A DNA stretch of 56,149 nucleotides, counting the filler, from Sphacelaria rigidula (taxonomy: Eukaryota), in assembly GCA_964200075.2 (NCBI GenBank). It is 6 parts of 6 records of this genome, joined end to end, with 100 filler letters (N's around TTAATTAATTAA, not from the genome) between each part and the next. Parts side by side here need not be neighbours in the genome. Positions count along the whole stretch, not along the records: positions 46,876 to 56,149 come from CAXNAA020008860.1; 5 more parts are not named here. One strand, written 5' to 3'. Positions 47,760 to 56,149 of this stretch are shown here, piece by piece. Within the stretch, counting starts at the first letter, position 1. The number at the start of each line of letters is the position of its first letter. Position numbers and translations under genes: made by a program. The notes beneath the pieces were generated by a model. That model did not search any database and was not told the origin of the DNA. It saw nothing but the letters and a program-made list of their open reading frames with translations.

Positions 47760-50700
47760 ACAACAAATAGACAAGAAAAAACATCGGACTCGGATCTAAC
47801 CGCGCTGGGACAGCCCTCTGCCAGGGCTTGAGGCAAGGAGGCCATTGTGCAAGAAACAGCATCTATCTTGTGCAGCAGGTTGCGACTCAGCTAACTAGAG
47901 ACCGCACAAGTTGGGCACCATCTCCGCCCCGCCCCCGCCCAGCTCTGCGGAAGTGAGACAGATGCACAGAAAAACACGAGTACGGCTCAGGGAGGACAGA
48001 AGAGCGTAAACATATAATGAAAGACTACCGAGAGGGGAAAAAATGCGAAAAAAGACGGCAGGGAAGACACGACGAGATGGAAGAGAACAGAAAAAAGGAA
48101 AGAAAGAACATGCTCTGAATACTCCTACAAAAGAGAGAAACAAACCAGAACGTGAACAGGAAACAGAACCTCGCTAGAGTTGCATACCGAGGGAAGAAGT
48201 CAACCACCGATAGGACCTCTGGTCATGGGTAGGACTGGCCACTCTCTCAATCACTTGCATCCTAGACTCCTCGAAGGCTGTTGTCACTGCTGTTGTGCCA
48301 ACGGTTGCAGCTTTCCTACTGGCGACTTTCAACGCCGCAGTTTCTTGTCTGCGACGTGGCTCAGATTGACGGAGGCCTTCGCATGGCCACGCCTTCTTCA
48401 ACTCTTCTCTACGCCTTTCTCGACCCCAACTTGCCATTTGTTCACGTTCTAAGCGTCAGTGACTCAATCTTGCGAGTCTTTGACCTCAACACCATAGACG
48501 AACCACGTACTTTGTTCTTCTTCACGTGGGATGGCCCATAGGACACGCGAATTCTCCCTTAGGTGTCCCCCCCCCCCGTGTTGTGATGACCGGCTAGCTT
48601 CCTTGGACCCTTGTGCACCCAACCGTCTGCACATGATGCGCTTCGGGAGACGCGTTTGTTCCGAGGGGCCACGGGCCCTCGCGAACCAAAGTCGATGCGT
48701 GCGAATGGCCATCTCGATACGGTCACATTGGGCCATCTCGTGCGTAGCTATGTATGAAAGTGCTTGGGTGAACTGCGATCCTTCCTGTGGAACCCGAACT
48801 GCTCCCAGTAAATGTTTACCATGATGGGCACTGCGCAGGGTCTAGATGTCCCCTAGGCGCCGCTTCCACGCAACACACTCATATAGCACAGCTTTCACTA
48901 CCTCCGCTTCGAGTGGCCAGACTTGAGCGGTAGATGGCTGAGCATATCGGATTGATCGTATGGTCGAGGAAATACTTTCGGAGGCCTGCCCACGTGTAGC
49001 GCTGGTGCTGTATGTGATTAAGATGGAAATGCTCGCGTCTTCGCTGATAGAACTACCAAGGCGGAAAAAATCGGCCACCTACTTGTACCGTCGGCCTACC
49101 GCCTAGATGCGCAGTGTGGTCGCTGAGAAGCTGGGTAATGACCACCGACCCATCGTAATTGCCCCATGGTTCCCTTTCCGTCAGCCCGAACCCCTCACCA
49201 ACCCCTACAACCACGATCAATCATCCTACCCGGCCTGCTTGGAGATCTCGACACGACGCGTGCGCTATCCACGGACGGCTTGTCACACACCGCGCGTCGC
49301 ACCCTCTCAGTGGCGGCTTTTTTTTCGGGTCACCATCTCCATTTTTCGGCACGTCACCTGGATGCACCAAGCCTGGGACGATGATCGGGTCTGCCGCAGC
49401 ATGTTGTGAGATCACGCCAACCACTACTGTACGAGATATATTGATCAGTAGCGGGGGTACTGAAATAACTCGCCATCATCCAGCTGTGCCTGAGTTCGAA
49501 TGCTACCGTGGGGCATAGGGGATGACCTTGACCGTTCGCGGCGAGACTTCGCAATCGGAAAGCACTTCACACGAGAGCGTGCGGTCTACAAAGTCGCACG
49601 CCGTCTGTTTGTCAAAGAAACACATATTGAACGGGAGATTCCTAGACCGTCCCAACACCTGCAGTCCGCGGTTATCGAACATCATATCGGTGGTCGACCG
49701 TTATCGTCGGAAGCTGGACTGTTCTTTCGGGAGACTTGTGGCTTCCTGGCAGAATCTGCTGAGCGGGTCAGCTGTGATTTTGACGAGAACTTGACCAGCA
49801 TACGCCAAGAAGGAGAGGCCTCAACAGGTACCGCACGCGGTTCTATTCTTTCGTGTAACATGGTCATGTTGGCGTCTTTCGACTTCTGCGGCACCTCACC
49901 AGACGTCCAAACAACAGCGATGATGTCAGGGATGTGGTACAGGACCCCCGAAGGCTCTCCAACCAATCCAAGCCCGAGGAGTTCAGCAGGTAGCTATCCG
50001 CTGCAATCACTTGGTCGTTAGCCATAGCTCTCTGTGCCTCTTATATCTCATTTAGGATTGGCGTCTCTCCAAGTGACGTAGCTTTTGGTAGTGAGGCGAT
50101 GCTCTCGATGACGGTTGAATCCAGAGTTGCCAATGCTGTGTCCAGCAAAGCAGGGAAATGCCATGTCCATCTTCTACAGATTTGATTTATGTGCTATAGC
50201 AGCTTATCTTCCTCGTCCTTGATGTGCTGCTCACTCTCTACCGCTTTCCTCTAGCCTCCATCCTCAGATGATCGCACAAGTCTCTCATATATCTATTTCT
50301 AGTGCATACTCTACTTCCCTCGCATTCACGTCCAAGTTCCTGTCCAACCCAGCTTGAATCACACTGTCAAACCTCCTGCTTTTGACAAAGCGCGCCATGC
50401 CGGTATATCCCGGCCGGACTCGCATCGCCGACCTAGATCTCTCTCGCTCATTCTAGGACTCCCCGAGCTCGGCTCGTACCACAGCACCCTCGAATTACTC
50501 TCGTACTGCGGCTGCCGGATCGGATGTGGCATTCCCTTCTCGGCGGGTCTCACGAGTATGTCGACAAAGTTGGGAGACAAATCACTGACGGGGCATCTCC
50601 AGATTTGCCCAGCTTGAGCTCGCTGACGGTAAGCTGTACAAATTGCTCACGTCTGTCGATGTGAGATGTAATTTCTCGCGTATCTATTGGTTTGTGCTTC

Positions 50701-51560
50701 GTGGGGGCGCACTAGTGTCTGTTGTGTGCGCCTGTGCCAAACAGTGGCACTGTGGCGCGCAGTATGTTGTGCTCTGAATCCATCGAGTTCGACGGTTGTC
50801 GGTGGATAGTGATACTTCGAACAAGCCCGCTATGGGCTTGCCGTGTGATGGCGTTGACAATACGTTTCTCGTTCTCGGGATTGCTCGCCAAGGCGTTGAC
50901 TTACGTGGCGTGCCTCCTTGGGGGTTGAGACCCAACGTTCGGGCAGGACAAACCTGCTGTCACCTGGAAGTCGTAGCAATACGGTGCCATTTCTATGGCC
51001 GACCCGAGAGCCTCTTCTGTGTGTCCCACCTCTTTCACCACCCTCTTCTCCCGCTCCTACCCCAGCCCAAGGGTTAGTGTCTACCGAGACGAACAGGTGA
51101 TAATTGTTGGGCACTCGGCTCACCGTGCTGTTCAACTCAGTCCAAAAATATTACCCCTCCTCGCTTCGGCTTAGACGTGTCTGTGGCGGCATCGAAAAAC
51201 TTCAAATGTGACAGCATTCGATTTCCCCGCTGGGATGAAGGTCATTGACATGAAGCGCTCGCTGATGAACACCTGTGTCCATGTCATCTGCTGATGATTG
51301 ACTCCTTGACCGCCCACCCAGCCCCACGTTGTCGAGCTCTTCTCTTTCCCTCTTCCCCTCTTCGGCTCCGGGGCAAAAGACGCGGTATTCCGCGGCAGCG
51401 AACTCAGTTCGACCTGGTCGACGGTTCTCTTCCAGTCCGATGACACCGTAATGTAAGCTGTGCACTTGTGCAGATTAACCTCAGCATGATCAGTCCCGCT
51501 CCGTCCCGTGGGTGACAATCTATACACGCTATATGTCTCCACTGAAGCTCTCCGGTGCGA
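47760..51560 (-). mobile_element. Degenerate, near-full-length RTE-like LINE (APE endonuclease plus RT)
   Basis: Correctly ordered relics: ENRRPGRTEFAAAEYRVFC and ERFMSMTF...GKSNAVTF (endonuclease, about 51.2-51.5 kb); VWTSGEVPQKSKDA and MCFFDKQTACDFVDR (RT, about 49.5-50 kb); FFRLGSSISEDASISI, VLYECVAW and RLPKRIM (C-terminus, about 48.6-49.1 kb). Many stops and frameshifts; ends approximate. Confidence 0.85.
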
Positions 51561-52343
51561 GAGCTAGCTCTACCTGTATAAAGAGTTACGCGCTTTACTA
51601 TTTTTCCTGTTTTCCTCGCTCCTATAGTCGTTTCCTTTTCCTAACGGTTTAGGTTCCGTTTTACTTGTGCCGGTATCCTCCGTGGCTCATCTGTTTACTC
51701 GAGACGTATGACTAGCCTTTCGGTCTCATGGGGAAGAAACAACCATCCCAGCCCGCGTCGACCGCTGAACTTCAGTCTGCCGAATCTAGTTCTTACTCTC
51801 TTGATGATGGAGACCATCTACGGCTTGCGCAGACGCTATCTCACGAATAGGGTATCCGTTGCTTTGCGGGCTAAACAAGATAGACTCATGTCAGTTATAT
51901 CTTTCATCACAATTTCGTTCGGTGCTTTCATTGGAGTGTACTAGGCTGGTGACAGCCCAGTAGATTGGGAGTAGCTTTAAAGTGTCTAAATGGGGGGGAG
52001 ATGGCTACCGGGAGCGGACACACCGTGAACAATCACTCAGGGAGCCCGAGCCCCCCGCGCCCACGGAAAAATGAGCAACAAAGATCCCGTACCGCGGTCT
52101 GAAGGTCTGCACAGAAAGACATGCGTCACACAAATTGATACCCAACAGCAGGAAGACATCAGTGACAGTATTCCTATTGAGCTAATGCCGGTTTGCTTCA
52201 CCTACGGTGGCATCCAGGCATTCGCACACACCCCGGCTTCCTTTTACCGCTGTTTACCCGCCGCGATTGACGAGAGTATAGCGCAGTTCTACTGTCGCTA
52301 ACTCCTCCAGCGATTGATATTTGCTCTAAGCGTAAAGCCTCAC

Positions 52344-53025
52344 CTCCAGGCAACAGCTCCACCACCTGACCGTTTGACAACGGACCGACGAATCTCGCAT
52401 CCGCAAGGATTTCGTCCAACCGCTGCTGCTGCTGCCGTGTCACTACGGCTGCACCTCCTTCCTGAAGTCGTCTAAGCGTCGCCAACACGACATCGACGGC
52501 CGTAGAACCAGAAGGGGCCGATCTTTGATCTGCTCGAGGAAGACGGGACGACGAGCCCCCCCAACCTTCAGATACTTCCGACCGTTTTGTCGCATCTGGC
52601 TTACATGCAGCTTGTGAAACGTGCGCTGGTGTCCCGCTACCTTCTAACCCTCCACGAGCGCTTATTTCGTCCTCAGCGACGAGCATCCACCACCGCGGCG
52701 CAAGACGTGGCAACGGCAGCGGTGCAACCCCCGTACGCACTGCCAGACCCACGACAAAACCGAAGGAGCGGTAATACTCCAGCCGAATCGGATCCATGCA
52801 CACTGCAGGCGCGGACCCGGCTGTATTGGACGTGAACGTCGGGTCCGGAACCGCGCCTTCGTCAAGTGGTGACATGGTCGTGGCTTGCCCACCACCGTGC
52901 TTCTCCGTTGTTCTGTTGTCAATATTTTGCCGGTGCGTGTCTTCTGCACGAGCAGCCGCCGTGACCCACAGAGGCGGCGGGCGCGCGAACATCATTATCT
53001 GCGGCGAGCATATGTCCTGACACAC
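52344..53025 (-). CDS. HECT-domain E3 ubiquitin ligase (HERC-like), exon with N-lobe motifs
   Basis: LEYYRSFGFVVGLAVRTGV and FVGPLSNGQVVELLPGG are HECT motifs. Acceptor tttctag|GTG, probable donor G|gtgagg. The catalytic C-lobe exons were not found. Confidence 0.85.
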
Positions 53026-53677
53026 CTAGAAATGGAAAAAGACAGTTCATGTAAATGAGCCAGGGGCAGTCAATAAAACAACAGGCTTAACCGCCTCTCC
53101 GTCACCCCCCCCCTCCCCCTCCTCGTCCCTTCACCAAGTCAACAACGCGATGTCAAAAGGTTGGGGTAGTTGATCAGCTCCTTCCCCCCTGTAGAGTTTT
53201 GCGAGGTCATAAGTCTTATGGCTACGGCGTTCAAGATCATGAGTACATCCACCCAATAGAGTGTTGACACCCTTGGGGGTTATATTCATTCATCAATTTT
53301 GTTGGCTATCGATCCGAAGTAGGCCATCATCCACCACCAAGCGGGAATACGAATCATCAGTTTCGTTTAATGAAGGCGATACATACCAGAAAAATATGCT
53401 CCAATCGCGTATGTTTCAGCCATCCCACAAAGCAACTTATTCCTATAAATATACCGTTTTTATGGTATTTTCGGTCGACACTCAACAGCCCTTCTGGACG
53501 CGTAAAGAGCAAATATCCCGCGCTTCGATACATCCAACTTGCACCCTCCTCATCAACGTAAGCTTACGTCAAGGGCCCAGTTGCATCGTGATACCTTCGG
53601 TTTATCCTTCTCCGACCGTAATACAAAAAATACTTGCTCAACGCAGTCCTCGGAAGCATGAGACAAACATTCCGCAC

Positions 53678-53807
53678 CTGCCAGAAAACGCCTCTATACA
53701 TATTTCGCTTGTTTAAACCCTGGTCATGAGAAGCACCCCTGTGCTCAGCAGGGCCATCCTCCAGGTACACGGAAAATGCCATGTGCCCGTCGAACGGCTG
53801 CATCGGG
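53678..53807 (-). CDS. HECT E3 ligase exon (130 nt)
   Basis: AFSVYLEDG...MYRGVFWQ joins VCQDICS, matching the HECT start. Acceptor aacag|C was chosen to fit phase 2; donor CAG|gtgcgg. Confidence 0.75.
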
Positions 53808-54216
53808 CTGTTGTGGACGACATTGCAGCGTTGATATCGAACTGACGGGTGTGGCGAGGCATGTAACGCTAACAAATATTATAGCGCGGTGAACCGTACT
53901 AAGTGTTCCTGGACAGCAACATGTGATGTGGAAAAAATATGGGGTAACTGAGGACGTCAGCGCAATTGTTCGACCAAAGTGAACGGTTTTGTCAACGAAG
54001 TCACTCAATCATCTTCAATTGCATGCTTCCCACCAAACGTTGTATTCGGCACGCCTGCGTGAACAACGTTCCTGGATGGCAATATATATATTAAAAAAAA
54101 AACTTCACGAGAGCAGCGATATCGTCCTTTCGCGAGCACCTGACCACCAAAACTATTTTCAAGGACATACGTCCTACGCCGGCGCTGTCTATAGCCCGTT
54201 GTCTTCTGTTTCGTAC

Positions 54217-54462
54217 CTGCAACAAAATTGCCTGGCAACCTGTCCAAACAGCGACTGCTCCACCTCCTTGCTCCTGTGTACCCAACAAAAATCTTCCGAA
54301 GAGGCCTCGGCTGGACTCCCGTTATCAGGTACTACCGCTGACTCGACGAAACAGGCTTTAACCTCGGCAGCTGTCTTTGGCAAAGACTTGACCCCCCTGA
54401 GGTTCAACGTGTACCCATGTGCAAACTCTGATGTGGAGACCTCCGGTGTCGTCTCGATCGAA
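54217..54462 (-). CDS. HECT E3 ligase exon (246 nt)
   Basis: Pre-HECT motif EQSLFGQVARQF; gttcag|T and AG|gtacga; phase 2/2. Confidence 0.8.
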
Positions 54463-54679
54463 CTGAACGGGCAAAAAACATGGGGTTTTAGAGGTAGGGC
54501 AAACGGCAAACAATGGCGATACGTCGGCCGCAGGATTCGACGTGCGCGAAATGTAAGAGCGGTATTCCCCCCATCGTTGCCGTTCGATAACTACAGCCGT
54601 AGAGCACATGGGCATCGAGTTGTTTTCAACAAGCCACATCAATTGTGGCCTAGTTCAACACTTACGATCGGTCACTCAC

Positions 54680-55179
54680 GAGTGGAAAAGCGACAACTTC
54701 GCCTTCGTGAACAGAAGACGCCTGTGCTTGCGCACCAACGCTCCGAGGGGCCCGCGCGTTCCATGCGAGGCATCCAAGAGCGGTAAAAGCGGCAGGACGA
54801 GGTCGTTCACATGTAGAAGGAGGGCTACCCGGGCTCGTATCTCAGCTGTCGACAATTGGCTGGTCATTAGCGCTGGGGAGGGTTCGAGGAGAAGCGAGGC
54901 CAAGAGATTCCTCAGAACTTCCGAGGGTACGTCTAGAGAACAGTAATCGTGAGCAGCAGACGGTTTCTGTATACTCTCTTCGAGATGGCGTCGGAGTTCG
55001 TCGTCCATTGCATAGGTCCACCTTGCTGCGAATGATGCTTGAAGCTCGGCTGAAGTCGCGGGTGTCGTTGACCCTGCTGCTGTTAATGTCGAACCGTTGT
55101 GGTTCTCATCGCACCCACTTCCGCCGTTGGCAACACCAATGTATCCAGCGGCCGTGGCAAAGGTGGCCGTCTGTTGCAC
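54680..55179 (-). CDS. HECT E3 ligase exon (500 nt)
   Basis: WTYAMDDEL and IRARVALLLHVNDLVLPLLPLLD resemble the region upstream of HECT in large HERC-like proteins; ttcaaag|GTG and TC|gtgagt. Confidence 0.8.
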
Positions 55180-55355
55180 CTTTGAAAAGTACACACACAA
55201 ATATTATGTCATCCCGGTATAGCGTCTATTGTATGCCCAGAAGTACCAGCTAACATGCACATGTCGTTCTATCCCATTTCATGCGGGGTCCTGTCGACAG
55301 TTTTCTGCGCCCGAGTAGTATTCTGGGTGCATGGAGTTTCATCATCACAACTTAC

Positions 55356-55667
55356 CATGGTCGAACGTGCTGTGTTGCGACTGATGACGTACTCTTCGGG
55401 GCAGCTGATGATTTTCCTCACCATCCGGCGGGACCATGGCAAGGTTTTGTATTTCGTCCTCAATAGCCCGGAACTACTGCCAGCGACCAGTAGCGGTTCC
55501 TCTGGTTCGGTTGCTGTTGTAGCGTCCGCCGTATTTGGAGCATCATCTCCGTGCATTCGGCTGGTGACGTATTCTCGTTGCCCACCATTGGCGACGTCCG
55601 CTGCACCCCATGCTTGGGTACCCTGTCCTATAGCGGTTGTCGGTGCTGACGGAGGTATAGACATCTC
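55356..55667 (-). CDS. HECT E3 ligase exon (312 nt); the gene probably continues upstream
   Basis: tctctcag|GAG and ATG|gtaagt; phase 0/0; open frame. Confidence 0.7.
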
Positions 55668-56149
55668 CTGAGAGACCCACAAGGAGTGTCTGCTCGTCGT
55701 AAATCATCAAATATTACACAAACGTGTAGGCATGGTGAGGGGAACTCAGTCGTTTTTGTCGGAGCACGTTGATACACTCGACGTTAGGGCTCTTTGAATT
55801 GTCCGGATACATGAAAGAGAAATGCATCCGTGTTCTCTGCCGAGTAAAAAGGTGTTTCGCGCAGACCTATGCCGGCGCGTTACACTACAGTACGTACTCA
55901 TACCCCAAACCGTCCATATTTAATTCAGAAGTGCGCTCCGACCGATTCGAGTGGCACGATCACCTCCGAGTGTGGAATAACGACCATACAAAGTGCCTGC
56001 TTGGGTACAACTGTCCCCCTACTTGTCTCACTTCTTTTTCTCTTTTTTTTTCCTCGGGATGAGTCCGTGGTCTCGAGGGATCAACCCATCTCTCCCCCGG
56101 TACGCGCGTTTCATTTTGGTCCCGCGGATTGGGTAAGCACTCCCGCACA

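Noticed and set aside
53989..54786. 265-aa plus-strand ORF; likewise 39093-40043
   Set aside because: Antisense shadows of GC-rich minus-strand frames.
1802..55667. A single ankyrin + HECT gene (HACE1-like) on the minus strand
   Set aside because: The exons lie on different artificially joined scaffolds, and the domain order would be reversed.

Overview
Repeat-rich eukaryotic genomic DNA. The exon/intron style and the transposon proteins resemble those of brown algae (Phaeophyceae); this is an inference from remembered family motifs, not a database hit. The window is not one locus. It is six scaffolds of 9276, 9276, 9275, 9274, 9274 and 9274 bp, joined by identical 100-bp spacers (44 N + TTAATTAATTAA + 44 N), so linkage across spacers means nothing. 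Host genes: three phase-consistent minus-strand exons of an ankyrin-repeat protein (scaffold 1), five phase-consistent minus-strand exons of a HERC-like HECT E3 ligase (scaffold 6), and two probable plus-strand exons of an unknown gene (scaffold 4). The rest is mostly transposable elements: two related non-autonomous LTR retrotransposons of about 3.8 kb with 5-bp TSDs and a non-canonical, tRNA-half-like primer site; degenerate RTE-like LINEs; a Gypsy chromo-integrase tail; hAT derivatives; CAC...GTG MITEs with 2-bp TSDs; a TTAA-associated MITE family of about 100 bp; several foldback elements; and a 42-bp tandem array. I found no CRISPR array, rRNA or intact tRNA gene. The most unusual signals are the LTR family's primer site and a hAT derivative reduced to a dimerisation-domain-only ORF.
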